Assembly (NCBI GenBank): GCA_028702135.1
Contig: JAQVPJ010000007.1
Coordinates: forward strand, 21,782-85,781
Source: Eubacteriales bacterium
GTDB taxonomy: Bacteria; Bacillota; Clostridia; Oscillospirales; CAG-382
DNA: 64,000 nucleotides
Direction of reading: 5' to 3'
In this document: positions 37,636 to 48,102 of the stretch, in pieces
How positions within the stretch are numbered: the first letter of the stretch is position 1
Layout of the letters: every line of letters starts with the position of its first letter
The notes under the pieces: model-generated
What the model was told of the DNA's origin: nothing
Database searches by the model: none
Seen by the model: the letters and a program-made list of their open reading frames with translations, nothing else
Position numbers and translations under genes: made by a program

Positions 37636-38754
37636 TCAGAAACCGAGCTTTTGGTCTACTTCATCCGGGTTGACAAAATCAGGCTGTAACGAAAAGCTCC
37701 AGCGTGCAAGCGTGTCCCAATGCGTTCCCGCTTTTATAACTGTTGGGGCGTTTGTCCTGAACATGGAAAAATACAGCTTATTCTGCGAAGGGCTCATATC
37801 CCACAACCTCGTCTTGAACTGTGATTTTATCTGCATTTGCTCCGCACTGTATATCTCTATGATAAAATGGTATTGAGGATTCTTTTCTCCCCAGATTTCC
37901 ACCTTTAGTGCATCGTTGTTGTCACTGAAATTTGAGCCGAAGTTTGATTTCCCCACCAAGGGTGTCTGAACGGTTTTTTCAGTACCGTCCTGATTATAGA
38001 ATTTCGCCATGTTCCCGTATGCTTTGGAAATGGGGAACATTGTCGAATAGCTCGTATAGAAATAAGTGTCATGCACAACATCAATGTTGCACTCCAGAAA
38101 AATATCCTCACCGTTGAATATATATTGTCTTTCCATCTCCATTATAATGTTTTCTTCTTTATACTCACCTTCATAAATGCGGGTATGCTCAACCACATAA
38201 AGACCCTGTGCCGTGCAGACCTTACCCTCCTCAAGTGTAAGAGGGTTTTTCGTCTTTGCATCATAGAAGGTTAGGTCTGTGAATCGGTCGTTTACCTTTG
38301 TGTCGTCGTTCATATCTGTTCCGCCGACACCGTAATCCCCGTGATTCCCCCCGCGGAAAGTGGTATTTCCGGCAGAAAGTCCGCAGTTATAAACATTCTC
38401 ACAATCTGTCGAATCGGTCACGAATGTTAAGGTTTTACCGTTTTCGTCCTTGTATCTATAAGCGCCGAGTATATATGTCCCCCACCTTTTTCTGGTGAGC
38501 TGTGTCTGGTATTCCGCTCCATTATCATAAACATAAGATATGTTATAATACCCGCCTTTTTTTACAACTCTCATCTCATGATATGTGTCGAAGGCAAGTA
38601 TTTTCGCATACTTTTCGTCCAAAGTTTCCACCTTGCTTTCCTCAGTATTGCTCTCTAAACTCTGTTCGCCTGAATTATCCGTATTCTCTCCGCAAGAAAA
38701 AAGTGCCATAGAAGCGATAATCAGCACAAGTATCGTCGATATTATCTTTTTCAC
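37636..38754 (-). CDS. Lipoprotein, unknown function (beta-rich, possibly carbohydrate-related)
   Basis: GTG start, MKKIISTILVLIIASMALFS-C lipobox, Ser/Glu linker. Confidence 0.72.
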   Translation of the reverse strand: MKKIISTILVLIIASMALFSCGENTDNSGEQSLESNTEESKVETLDEKYAKILAFDTYHEMRVVKKGGYYNISYVYDNGAEYQTQLTRKRWGTYILGAYRYKDENGKTLTFVTDSTDCENVYNCGLSAGNTTFRGGNHGDYGVGGTDMNDDTKVNDRFTDLTFYDAKTKNPLTLEEGKVCTAQGLYVVEHTRIYEGEYKEENIIMEMERQYIFNGEDIFLECNIDVVHDTYFYTSYSTMFPISKAYGNMAKFYNQDGTEKTVQTPLVGKSNFGSNFSDNNDALKVEIWGEKNPQYHFIIEIYSAEQMQIKSQFKTRLWDMSPSQNKLYFSMFRTNAPTVIKAGTHWDTLARWSFSLQPDFVNPDEVDQKLGF

Positions 38755-38788
38755 TTTTCTACCAAACCCTTCCGATATATTGAATATC

Positions 38789-38817
38789 ATTATATATTGC
38801 AATAAATGTTATGTCAA
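38789..38817 (-). promoter_or_regulatory. sigma-A promoter of lipoprotein gene
   Basis: TTGACA-17-TATAAT. Confidence 0.75.
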
Positions 38818-38899
38818 TACGAAATGCAGACTGTGTATCAACCATGCAGGAGTATGTAATAATTTGTTTTGTCCTTTTCGGATTTATGTTAAAATAATA

Positions 38900-38928
38900 T
38901 TGACATTTGCAATTGTATATGTTAACAT
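38900..38928 (+). promoter_or_regulatory. sigma-A promoter of the cell-wall anchored protein gene
   Basis: TTGACA-17-TAACAT with TGn. Confidence 0.65.
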
Positions 38929-38960
38929 ATAGGTAATATTAATAAGTGAGGGGATTTATT

Positions 38961-39758
38961 GTGAAGAGGAGCACTTTGCTGTTTTCTTTAATCGTATTTA
39001 TTATAGCGATTCTTGCATTTCCGGCACAAGCTGCAGACAATGTTATAAACCTTCTTGACGAAAGCGGTGCAAGCTGGGAAAACAAAGATGCAAACAGTAA
39101 CTCAATTTCGGTAAACTTTACGGGAGGTAAAATGATTTCAACCGCACCCGGCGCATGGCCATGGGTAACGGCTACTCTTAATACACCTGTTGTAATAAAA
39201 GAAGCTGATAATGCCGTCTTGAAACTGACCTTTACAGTAGAGGACGACAGTGCATGCACCTCTATACGTCTGCTTTCAGGTTCAGATGCAATATACACGC
39301 ATCATTTTATCGAGGGTGGAGAGTATGACGATTCGGGTGATATTAAGGCAGGGACATATGATATTTCGATGAAAGTATTTGATCTGCAGGCCTTTGCCGG
39401 AACGGCAGACGATAAATACCTCGGTAAAAAAGCTTTGGTTCTCAACGACTCAAACGAGCTGGTTATTGACGGTTTTCAGGTCTGGTGCTCGGGACAGTCA
39501 AGCGATATCACCGTAACTATAAGCAAGTTCGAGATAGTGATACCTGACAATGAGTCGGAGACTTCCGAGGAGTCGGAGGAATCAGAATCCTCAGCAACCG
39601 AATCAGCCGAGGAATCGAGTGCCACAGTCTCGTCCCAAACCTCAGATGAGCCTAAAACCGGCGATAAAGGTTATACAGGCCTTCTTGTGATAGTTATTGT
39701 GTCTGCGGCGCTTTCATCCGCTGTATTATTAAAGAAACGCTCACGGCATAGCAACTAA
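38961..39758 (+). CDS. Sortase-anchored surface protein (EPKTG)
   Basis: Signal peptide (AQA), beta-sandwich-like core, Ser/Glu-rich linker, EPKTG + TM + KKRSRH tail; GTG start 38961. Confidence 0.78.
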   Translation: MKRSTLLFSLIVFIIAILAFPAQAADNVINLLDESGASWENKDANSNSISVNFTGGKMISTAPGAWPWVTATLNTPVVIKEADNAVLKLTFTVEDDSACTSIRLLSGSDAIYTHHFIEGGEYDDSGDIKAGTYDISMKVFDLQAFAGTADDKYLGKKALVLNDSNELVIDGFQVWCSGQSSDITVTISKFEIVIPDNESETSEESEESESSATESAEESSATVSSQTSDEPKTGDKGYTGLLVIVIVSAALSSAVLLKKRSRHSN

Positions 39759-39798
39759 AGAGCACCTTACTGTTAAGAAGCTAATACCGGTATAATAC

Positions 39799-39838
39799 TA
39801 AGACCGCGGGAGAAATTCCTCCGCGGTCTTATATTTTG
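39799..39838. terminator. Bidirectional terminator
   Basis: TAAGACCGCGG/CCGCGGTCTTA 11-bp stem between convergent genes. Confidence 0.8.
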
Positions 39839-39839
39839 T

Positions 39840-41552
39840 TTATTCCTCCATCGCGGCTTTCCGGGAATTTATCTCTCTTATCGTCTCAATATCGAACTTT
39901 GGTTTACGGTCATATGTATATATTCCGTTTTGCTCCTGCTCAACGTCTGTAAGCTGTGTATAACAAAAGGCGCACAGCTTGGGGTTGTCAAGGATAGCCG
40001 TAGTAAGACCTCGGTAACGCTCCGTAAGCTCCTCGACACTTTTTACACGTTCTCCATATCCCCAACCCTTATCATCATCGGGATTCCACCATATTCCGCC
40101 GTACTCGCTGATAAAGCAGAGTGTCGGCGGCAATGTTTTTATAAACGGTATAAATCCGGAATCCACCTGCTTTCCTTTCCTTAAGGGCTCATATCTTGAT
40201 TTGAACGTAAAGGGATTCTGGTCGTAATCGTGTGTGTCCTCCATATCGGTTTTATCAGTACGGTACCAACCCGAGGTGTCTATCACCGGCCGTGTTCTGT
40301 CAAACTCCTTTGTCAGCTTATACGCATCAATGACTAAATCTGTTATATTTTGAGCATCGCTGGTCTCATTGAACGGACACCATCCGATTATGGAGGGATG
40401 ATTATAATCACGCTTCAGAATCTCAAGCCATTCAGGTAGAAACGCTTTATGCGCTTCACCGTTTTGAATATTTAACCCCCAGTTGGCGTGTTCCTCCCAT
40501 ACCAAATAGCCTAACACATCGCAATGATATAGGAAACGCTCCTCAAAAATCTTCTGATGCAGACGAGCGCCGTTGAAGCCCGCCGCTTTTGACAGCAGAA
40601 TATCTCTCTTTAAGTCCTCATCGGTGGGAGCTGTGTAAATGCCGTCGGGATAAAAGCCTTGATCCAGAACCAATCTCAAAAACAACGGTCTGTCGTTTAA
40701 ATAAAACCTATGATCGGAATAATATACACTCCTCATACCGAAATAGCTTTGTAACGTATCCTCTTCAAGAGTGAACACAATATCATAGAGCAGCGGCGAG
40801 TCAGGCGACCACAAATGCAGCTCGGACAAGGTGATACACATAACGGCATTTTCGCCATAAATAATACAAGATTCCCTGCCGACTTCAACGCCGCGATAAT
40901 ACGCTGCCGCAACCAACACTCTGCCGCTGGCGTTTGCACATTCCGCCTCGACAGTCAACCTATTTGAGTGTATATCCGGCGTCATTTTAAGGGAAGCGAT
41001 ATAGGAATCGGGAGTGTTCTCCAACCATACGGTCTGCCAAATCCCTGTCGTGCGGGTATAAAAGCACCCGAATGATTCCTTTTGCATGGACTGCTTTCCG
41101 GACGGCTGTGTTCCCGAGCGTAAATCATCCTCGGCACATACCGCGATAATATTACCGCTTTTCTTTAAAAGTGATGTTATATCAAGTGAAAATGAGGAAT
41201 ATCCGCCCTTGTGGATACCGGCTTTTTTTCCGTTTACAAAAATATGTGCCGTGTAATCGCACGCTCCGAAGTTGATATGAGTGCACCTGCCTGTTTTTAG
41301 CCAGCTCTCCGGCAGCTCAACTTCCCTTTTGTACCATACGCAGTCCATAAAATCGGTGTTTTCAACACCGGACAGACGGCTCTCCGGACAAAAGGGCACA
41401 TTTATCCTGCCCCCAAGAGGTTTTTCGTCAGGGTAACCCTCGGATATACCATGCTCATAGCTGTCGATAACAAACTCCCAAGACCCGTTTAGATTCAACC
41501 ATTCTTCACGCATCATCTGGGGTTTAGGATAATCATTTCGGGGTATGTTCAA
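39840..41552 (-). CDS. Glycoside hydrolase family 2
   Basis: YPKPQMMR, WLNLNGSWEF, TGIWQTVWLE, LDQGFYP, GFNGARLHQK, NHPSIIGWCPFNE, FISEYGG. Confidence 0.92.
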   Translation of the reverse strand: MNIPRNDYPKPQMMREEWLNLNGSWEFVIDSYEHGISEGYPDEKPLGGRINVPFCPESRLSGVENTDFMDCVWYKREVELPESWLKTGRCTHINFGACDYTAHIFVNGKKAGIHKGGYSSFSLDITSLLKKSGNIIAVCAEDDLRSGTQPSGKQSMQKESFGCFYTRTTGIWQTVWLENTPDSYIASLKMTPDIHSNRLTVEAECANASGRVLVAAAYYRGVEVGRESCIIYGENAVMCITLSELHLWSPDSPLLYDIVFTLEEDTLQSYFGMRSVYYSDHRFYLNDRPLFLRLVLDQGFYPDGIYTAPTDEDLKRDILLSKAAGFNGARLHQKIFEERFLYHCDVLGYLVWEEHANWGLNIQNGEAHKAFLPEWLEILKRDYNHPSIIGWCPFNETSDAQNITDLVIDAYKLTKEFDRTRPVIDTSGWYRTDKTDMEDTHDYDQNPFTFKSRYEPLRKGKQVDSGFIPFIKTLPPTLCFISEYGGIWWNPDDDKGWGYGERVKSVEELTERYRGLTTAILDNPKLCAFCYTQLTDVEQEQNGIYTYDRKPKFDIETIREINSRKAAMEE

Positions 41553-41563
41553 ATGTTTACCTC

Positions 41564-41878
41564 TTAAATATCTTTTTTGTTTGACGCTGCTTTGTCAAGC
41601 TTGCGGTTTCTGAAATATAATGCCGCATCTATGCTTACAACAATAAAATTAATTACATAGAAAACCGTAACGTAATTTATGTTGCCTGAAACAATCTTAG
41701 ACGCTATACCCGCTGCATACCCAAATATAATCAGCAACAGAAAAAACAGGCTTTTCCCCTTCGCCGTTCTTGCTTTGTACGATTTTATTATCGAGAGCGG
41801 CCATGAAGCACCGAACGATAAAACCATGATAACCTCCAAAACCTCTGACAACTCAAGTGATTTAAAAAACTCTGCCAT
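41564..41878 (-). CDS. PQ-loop/SemiSWEET-like small membrane protein
   Basis: SFGASWPLSIIKSYKARTAKGKS, three hydrophobic helices. Confidence 0.65.
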   Translation of the reverse strand: MAEFFKSLELSEVLEVIMVLSFGASWPLSIIKSYKARTAKGKSLFFLLLIIFGYAAGIASKIVSGNINYVTVFYVINFIVVSIDAALYFRNRKLDKAASNKKDI

Positions 41879-41906
41879 AAATACAATAATACCTCTCATT
41901 TATCTT

Positions 41907-42869
41907 CTATATTTTTATTAGACTGTTAATGCTCCTGCCTGTTTTTAAAAAGCTGTCCAGGTTTGCTTCTGTTACATCCAGCAGACGTTTTCTTGCCTCT
42001 ATTGATGTCCATGCCGCGTGCGGTGTAATTATGCAGTTCCTCGCAGTCAAGAGCGGATTGTCCGCCTTTGGGGGCTCGATGGCAAGAACATCAAGCGCCG
42101 CACCGCCCAATTTGCCCGAATTAAGCGCTTTTGCGACATCACCCTCGTTTAAAATTGCTCCTCTTGCAGTATTTATTATGAAAGCGCCGTCTTTCATTTT
42201 ACTGATAAAACCACTGTTAACCATTTCTTTTGTTTCGTCGTTAAGCGGACAATGCAACGAAATGCAATCGCTTGTATAAAGCAGTTCATCAAGCCGCATA
42301 TAATCCACACAGTTTTCGCTGCCCGAATAACGGTTTTTCGTAGTGGCGACAACCCTCATGCCAAACGCCTGTGCTATATTTGCCACCTTTTTCCCGATTG
42401 CACCGCATCCGATAAGCCCGAGTGTTCTTCCGGCAAGCTCAGTATACCTCGTTTTTTCGTAATGAAATCCCGGAACGCCGGTCCACATACCGCTTTTCAC
42501 TATTTGCGTAAAGCCGCTTATATCAGTTATCAGGTGCAGTAATAAAGTAATTGTAAACTGCGACACCGACACGGAAGAATAGCCCGGCACATTGCACACC
42601 TCAATACCCCGTTTTTTACAGGCGTCAAGGTCAATCATATCGTATCCTGTTCCCAAAGCACCTATGAACTTTATTTTACCGCATTTTTCCAGTAAATTCT
42701 CGTTAATTACGGCTCTGTTTGTAAACACAGCCTCCGCATCTGCACAGCGTGACGCTGACAGTGCCGGAGGTGTATGATCATATATTACCGCTTCACCGTA
42801 CTTGTCAAGGAAATCCCAATTCAAATCCCCCGGATTGACCGCAAATCCGTCTAAAACAACTATTTTCAT
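41907..42869 (-). CDS. D-2-hydroxyacid dehydrogenase (glycerate dehydrogenase-like)
   Basis: LDGFAVNPGDL, GTGYD, GLIGCGAIG, SLHCPL, INTARG, ITPHAAW. Confidence 0.92.
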   Translation of the reverse strand: MKIVVLDGFAVNPGDLNWDFLDKYGEAVIYDHTPPALSASRCADAEAVFTNRAVINENLLEKCGKIKFIGALGTGYDMIDLDACKKRGIEVCNVPGYSSVSVSQFTITLLLHLITDISGFTQIVKSGMWTGVPGFHYEKTRYTELAGRTLGLIGCGAIGKKVANIAQAFGMRVVATTKNRYSGSENCVDYMRLDELLYTSDCISLHCPLNDETKEMVNSGFISKMKDGAFIINTARGAILNEGDVAKALNSGKLGGAALDVLAIEPPKADNPLLTARNCIITPHAAWTSIEARKRLLDVTEANLDSFLKTGRSINSLIKI

Positions 42870-42958
42870 ATATAAGCCTTTCTTTTATCTTCTGTGCCAA
42901 TAATAACATTTCGACTCATATATGTCAATGAATAATTTGAATTTTCACGATTTTAGCA

Positions 42959-42987
42959 TTGACAAAAGCGGCGTTTTATTATATTAT
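42959..42987 (+). promoter_or_regulatory. sigma-A promoter of tRNA-Val
   Basis: TTGACA-17-TATTAT. Confidence 0.7.
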
Positions 42988-43023
42988 ATAAACATGTTCA
43001 CGAGGGAAAGAAATAAAATATAT

Positions 43024-43100
<77 letters not shown>

Positions 43101-43133
43101 AAAAGACTGTCGGTTTTTATTGATAGTCTTTTT
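43101..43133 (+). terminator. Terminator after tRNA-Val
   Basis: AAAAGACTGTC/GATAGTCTTTT stem followed by T-run. Confidence 0.65.
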
Positions 43134-43211
43134 ATAATATAATGGAAATAAATAGTTATTTATGATATTATATAGGCAAGGATTATTTATATTATATGGG
43201 GTACAGAAGGA

Positions 43212-43712
43212 ATGGAAGTAGAACTAAAATTAGTTACCATAGGTGAAAAGGAAATACTTAACAACCTGTTGGAAAAGTACAATTATGAGTTCTCTCAATA
43301 TGATAAAGTGCCTTTTAATGAAATCGGTTTATTTAGTTATCGCTATTTAGATAATTATTGGACAGATGAAGATAGATTTCCTTATTTTATTATTGTAAAC
43401 AAAAAACTTGCAGGTTTTGCTTTAATAAATAAGCATCCAGAATGTGATAAACCTATTGATTGGGCTGTTGCAGAATTTTTTGTTTCTTATAATTTTAGAA
43501 GAAGCGGTGTGGCTACAATTGTGATGAAAAAAATATTTGAAATACATAAAGGCTATTGGCATATTAAATACCACTCAAAAAATGTAGCAAGTAGTATCTT
43601 CTGGAATAAAATAGCAGAAAAGCAATCAAACAACAATTATGAAGTAGTTAAGGGTAATGAAAATTATTATGATGGGACGGAAGCAAAAGTCTTATTTTTT
43701 AACGTTGAATAA
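43212..43712 (+). CDS. GNAT family acetyltransferase (AT-rich)
   Basis: VAEFFVSYNFRRSGVA, ASSIFWNK. Confidence 0.85.
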   Translation: MEVELKLVTIGEKEILNNLLEKYNYEFSQYDKVPFNEIGLFSYRYLDNYWTDEDRFPYFIIVNKKLAGFALINKHPECDKPIDWAVAEFFVSYNFRRSGVATIVMKKIFEIHKGYWHIKYHSKNVASSIFWNKIAEKQSNNNYEVVKGNENYYDGTEAKVLFFNVE

Positions 43713-43772
43713 GATATAGATTATGAGCAAAATGTGAGTATAATATACGCATCTTTTTCATTATCTCTTTAC

Positions 43773-43815
43773 AAAGAAACGGCACTTTAAGATAGACAGT
43801 TGCCGTTTCTTTTTT
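43773..43815 (+). terminator. Intrinsic terminator
   Basis: AAAGAAACGGCA/TGCCGTTTCTTT stem followed by T-run. Confidence 0.72.
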
Positions 43816-43872
43816 GTCCTCTTCTTTTTTGCACTTCCATTTCAATTATCGTTTTCGCGCTTATCAAAGTAC

Positions 43873-43902
43873 TTGACAGGATATTTTATCAGTGATAAAA
43901 TA
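43873..43902 (+). promoter_or_regulatory. sigma-A promoter overlapped by a perfect 10-1-10 palindrome
   Basis: TTGACA-17-TAAAAT; TATTTTATCA-G-TGATAAAATA at 43882-43902. Confidence 0.75.
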
Positions 43903-43937
43903 CACTTGTATAGGTATCTGAAAACGGAGGCGGGATT

Positions 43938-44825
43938 ATGCGTAAATACAAAAAAATCATTGTTCGCGCGCTAATGCTTAGCCTTGCGTGGATTATTTTT
44001 GGAACCTCCGCATATGCGTGGCTTACATCAATATTTAAAAGTGACGTGCCCGCGGGCTTTACGGGGGGTAATTCAAAAAGCCTTGGATTGGAAATAGGTA
44101 CGGTATCAAACGGCGGGACAGAAACGGATCGTATATTTAGTGAAATTGCCTCTGGCAACGAGGAAATACTCATGCTTGGGTTTTCCGAGCCGGAAAAGGC
44201 GGCGGATAACAAATACTATATAAATTTATCGGATATGCAGTTTGGGAATATAGACAGCATTACTGTTTTAAATCCCGAGAACATTGTCTATTTAAGGTTG
44301 ACAATACCGCGGATTTTGGGAAATAATGTTCATTTTAAGCTGTATTACAATAATTATGCTTCCGGGTTCAATCTCAATATTTATGAAAACCTTTACAATG
44401 AGAACAATGAAATCATCGGTAGCGAAAATATATTTGAGGTATTACCCGCAGCAGAAGCCGAAGGACTCAAAAATGTACTGAACGAAACCAAACAAACGAA
44501 AGGCAGCTTTCTGAGATTTCAATATTCTTTAAGCCCGCTTCTTATTGCGAACGGTCAAATGATGGACCAATATGGCGTTGAGGTGTTGGATTTTTCAGAA
44601 GAATACGTCGGTTTTGGCGAATACTCAGAACTTGACACCGGTGAAATCATTGAAACATACAGCGGCGGATATAATAATATTGAAGGCAACGATTTCTATT
44701 ATCTGTATGTCAAAATAACTCCAAACTTAGAGAGCCTCGGTTATGCGTTGCAGCATTTAACCGAATATATACCTTGTTTTATTACCTTTAGCGTCGGAGC
44801 GCAATTTGAGATTTTAAACAGCTGA
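43938..44825 (+). CDS. Secreted protein with SipW-class signal peptide (TasA/CalY-like)
   Basis: Basic N-terminus, hydrophobic helix, GTSAYAWLTS cleavage motif. Confidence 0.7.
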   Translation: MRKYKKIIVRALMLSLAWIIFGTSAYAWLTSIFKSDVPAGFTGGNSKSLGLEIGTVSNGGTETDRIFSEIASGNEEILMLGFSEPEKAADNKYYINLSDMQFGNIDSITVLNPENIVYLRLTIPRILGNNVHFKLYYNNYASGFNLNIYENLYNENNEIIGSENIFEVLPAAEAEGLKNVLNETKQTKGSFLRFQYSLSPLLIANGQMMDQYGVEVLDFSEEYVGFGEYSELDTGEIIETYSGGYNNIEGNDFYYLYVKITPNLESLGYALQHLTEYIPCFITFSVGAQFEILNS

Positions 44826-44861
44826 TGATAAGAGAAACCAAAAAAGGAGAGGGAGGATTAT

Positions 44862-47800
44862 ATGTCTATTTATGTAAATAAACCGGATAGAAAGATTAAG
44901 AAGTCCTTAGCAATGATTCTTCTTCTTTGCGTTTTTATAATTCTCGCTGCTTCTGTCAGTCTTGCTTATTTTTCCAAAAGGGATGTTTATCAAGGCAATT
45001 TCGGCGTAAAGCTTGATTTAATGTTTGACCGTCTTAACAGCACAGCGCTTTATGAATATCAGGTTAATGTGTTAGGCGGTCAGAGCGAGCCCGCCGCAGA
45101 TTGGGGATCGGAGAAAAACCCCTATATCATATCAAACATAAAACACCTATACAACCTATCCTCGCTGCAAAATAACGGTTTTTTTCAAAGTCAGTTTATT
45201 GATTACAATTACGATATCAACGGATATTACATAAACGGGAGCAGCGTTATCCCTTATTTTATTGTAAGTACAACAGACGGTAAACCCGTAACAATCGATG
45301 GTATGGATTTTAATAAAGATATATCGCCTATCGGAACAGATGAATTTCCTTTTGTCGGTTCGGTCAGGGGCAGCTTTTCGGATGGACAATGCCTGGTGGC
45401 AGGTAAAAGCTCCGATGTTTCTGCGCTTTACCGTATAACGGTTTCCGGCAACCCAGCCGCTGTGGATTTCGGTCTTTTCGGCAACATAGGCTATTTGGGT
45501 GAAGAAGCGGAGTTGGGGCAGAGCTTCTCAGGAGTCAATACGACTATATCGGACATAGTATTAGCTGATGTCCAAATAAAAGCAAAGTCCTCTTTATGGA
45601 ATCCGGTTACTTCCTATATAACAGATCATGTCTTTATGTTCAGTAATATGTCAGCTCAGGACAGCCAAAACACGCCTCACGAAAACCACCATATAGGTAT
45701 ACTTGCAGGCCATGTCAGTTACGCTCAGATAGACCGCATAAGCGTTTATTACAGCAGCGACGATATTATAGCTATAGATGTGCTTGATACGACCGATGTA
45801 AGTGGTATTAAAGCAAACTATACGTCGGTATGCGGTATAATGGGTTTTATCGACAATATAAATCCCGAAATGGACGATAATGGAAATGTCACCGCAGGTT
45901 CGGGATCAACTATGGGCGATATTTCATACGGAGTGACGGGCGGCGGCGGTCTTTTATCCGGAACGCAGAGAGGATATGTGCTTGCCAGCGAGATATATGA
46001 GAATTATAAATACGGTAGCGGTACTCCTGACACTGACGGCAGTGTTAACATTTATAATGCAAAAAACGTCGAAGGTGAATCCCTTTGTACGGAATGGGTA
46101 AGAAAAAGGCTCTTTTGGGGAACTGAAAATACCGGCAGATATTATTTTTACGACGGAGTCTTCACCTTTGCTTTATCTAATACATCGGATACTATAGAGA
46201 CCATATGGCCTGATATTATAATTAACGACACCCCGACCTCCTCACTACCCACCTTTAGTCTTGGTTCGACCTCAGATAACGACTGGGAATACGGCACGCT
46301 CGGGACAAGCTACCAGTATTATGCGAACTTAACACCGGTTACAACAAATACTTTTAGCAGCTCAAAAGACTATGTTTTAGGCTGGAAGGATTCAAACGGA
46401 AATCTTTATCTTGCAGATCTTTCGACTCAGGGTACCACAGTTCCGGCTAATGCTATAACAAGCTTCGGTGGTACGGTAACGCCGAATCAAAGTGGATATG
46501 AGATGGTCTGGAATTCTTCCGCTCAACGCAAAACATTCGAAGGTAAGATGATAGGCATAACAGCAGGTACGTCCGGTAAAATATTGACCGGGAAAAGCAG
46601 CGGGAATAAGCTCGGGCTTCAGCGTTATTTATGGTTTATTTATAGGATTTATAACGGAAAAGGCACAGGTTCTAATTATTCTTATGACGCCATACTCGTA
46701 CCGACGGATCCTTATTGGGGAATATCTTATACAATCGGATCGACAACAAAACATTTAACAGCCTCAAGCGAAGGATTCACCTTATCCGATTCAGGCAGCG
46801 GTATAGCGTACCAGATGTATTTTTATGAAGTTGAACTTGGTGTTCGTGCTACAAATGAGGACGATCCGAATGCAAAAAAGGGATTTAGGCAGCTGACAGA
46901 TCCGGTTAATAAACAAACAGTCGATGGTACCGATATAGCTCTGACTGCGGATAAATATGTGTTATGGCCTAACAGCATATTAGATACAGATAACAATGAT
47001 GATGTAACGGTAACTCAGTCTCAAGACCCGGTTTACAGTCTGAAATCCGTTTCTTCGTTAGGATGGAAAAACCGTTTGGGTACAAACCTTGGCGAAACCG
47101 AAAACGGCTCTGTCTCAACTATAGATAAAATGTTCAGAATGACAGGCGAAATACAATGGGGGATGTCAATAAATTTATTTGGCGGCACGTTCAGCTTAAG
47201 TGATAACAATCTTATTTCTGCACCGATAGGAAGTGATGGCACAGCAGCAAATATTCCCATGGGTTGTGTCGCCTTCAAGATGAACAAGGCCACAGAGGCA
47301 AAAGTAAGAGTAATAGTCGCTGTACCTGTAAGCAGCGTCACATCGGAAAACCCCGGTGCGTTGGAACAGACAGAGGACTATTATTTCGGATTATGGTATT
47401 CCGAACCGGCTGGTGACTCCTGGGCACAGGGTTTTGACAAGTCTGATGCAATTAAAAAGTTCGAACTGCCACGCTCACAGCCAAAGGCAGACACGGTTGC
47501 CGGGAAAGCGGATTATATTAATGTGGAAATTGATGCGGACGGGGACGGAACCTCAGAGAGCTACCGCGCATATCTGCAAGGTGAAACAGTTCTCGTGGCA
47601 TATGAGTTTTCTATCAATCAAGCGGGAGTGTATATATTAGGTGCGACAAACGGCCCTATGCAAATTGTATATTTCTCCGCAGACGGTGTTGCGTCAAACG
47701 GACGCGATGGTGTCGGTGGTAGTAACTTAGGCACCATCGATTATGTTTATGATTACAACAACAGTATCATCCCGGTAACTGAGGAGTATACTACAAACAT

Positions 47801-48080
47801 CGATGGGACTGAAGATTACAACACTTACTACCCTTCTTTTTGTATTATTTATTACGATAACTTTATTGAGGGCAGTGGTGTAAATGGATTTTCGGATATA
47901 AACAACGGATATTTCTCTGTATACAGAAGAATTGATGACAATGCGACGACGCAGATTAAGAGTATTCTTGATGTAAAAATATATTCCGGTGACGCCGGAG
48001 CGTTAACCGACAAACAAATAAAAGCGGATACATTTTCGCATTTGAGCGATAATTTGAATGTTTCCTATACTTTGTCGTAG
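44862..48080 (+). CDS. Large SipW-class secreted adhesin-like protein (1072 aa)
   Basis: SLAYFSK signal motif; WGSEKNPYIIS and PIGTDEFPFVG GLUG-like segments; Gly/Ser/Thr-rich beta-type body; no sortase tail. Confidence 0.7.
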   Translation: MSIYVNKPDRKIKKSLAMILLLCVFIILAASVSLAYFSKRDVYQGNFGVKLDLMFDRLNSTALYEYQVNVLGGQSEPAADWGSEKNPYIISNIKHLYNLSSLQNNGFFQSQFIDYNYDINGYYINGSSVIPYFIVSTTDGKPVTIDGMDFNKDISPIGTDEFPFVGSVRGSFSDGQCLVAGKSSDVSALYRITVSGNPAAVDFGLFGNIGYLGEEAELGQSFSGVNTTISDIVLADVQIKAKSSLWNPVTSYITDHVFMFSNMSAQDSQNTPHENHHIGILAGHVSYAQIDRISVYYSSDDIIAIDVLDTTDVSGIKANYTSVCGIMGFIDNINPEMDDNGNVTAGSGSTMGDISYGVTGGGGLLSGTQRGYVLASEIYENYKYGSGTPDTDGSVNIYNAKNVEGESLCTEWVRKRLFWGTENTGRYYFYDGVFTFALSNTSDTIETIWPDIIINDTPTSSLPTFSLGSTSDNDWEYGTLGTSYQYYANLTPVTTNTFSSSKDYVLGWKDSNGNLYLADLSTQGTTVPANAITSFGGTVTPNQSGYEMVWNSSAQRKTFEGKMIGITAGTSGKILTGKSSGNKLGLQRYLWFIYRIYNGKGTGSNYSYDAILVPTDPYWGISYTIGSTTKHLTASSEGFTLSDSGSGIAYQMYFYEVELGVRATNEDDPNAKKGFRQLTDPVNKQTVDGTDIALTADKYVLWPNSILDTDNNDDVTVTQSQDPVYSLKSVSSLGWKNRLGTNLGETENGSVSTIDKMFRMTGEIQWGMSINLFGGTFSLSDNNLISAPIGSDGTAANIPMGCVAFKMNKATEAKVRVIVAVPVSSVTSENPGALEQTEDYYFGLWYSEPAGDSWAQGFDKSDAIKKFELPRSQPKADTVAGKADYINVEIDADGDGTSESYRAYLQGETVLVAYEFSINQAGVYILGATNGPMQIVYFSADGVASNGRDGVGGSNLGTIDYVYDYNNSIIPVTEEYTTNIDGTEDYNTYYPSFCIIYYDNFIEGSGVNGFSDINNGYFSVYRRIDDNATTQIKSILDVKIYSGDAGALTDKQIKADTFSHLSDNLNVSYTLS

Positions 48081-48102
48081 CAATTGGAAAGAGAGGATAA
48101 AG

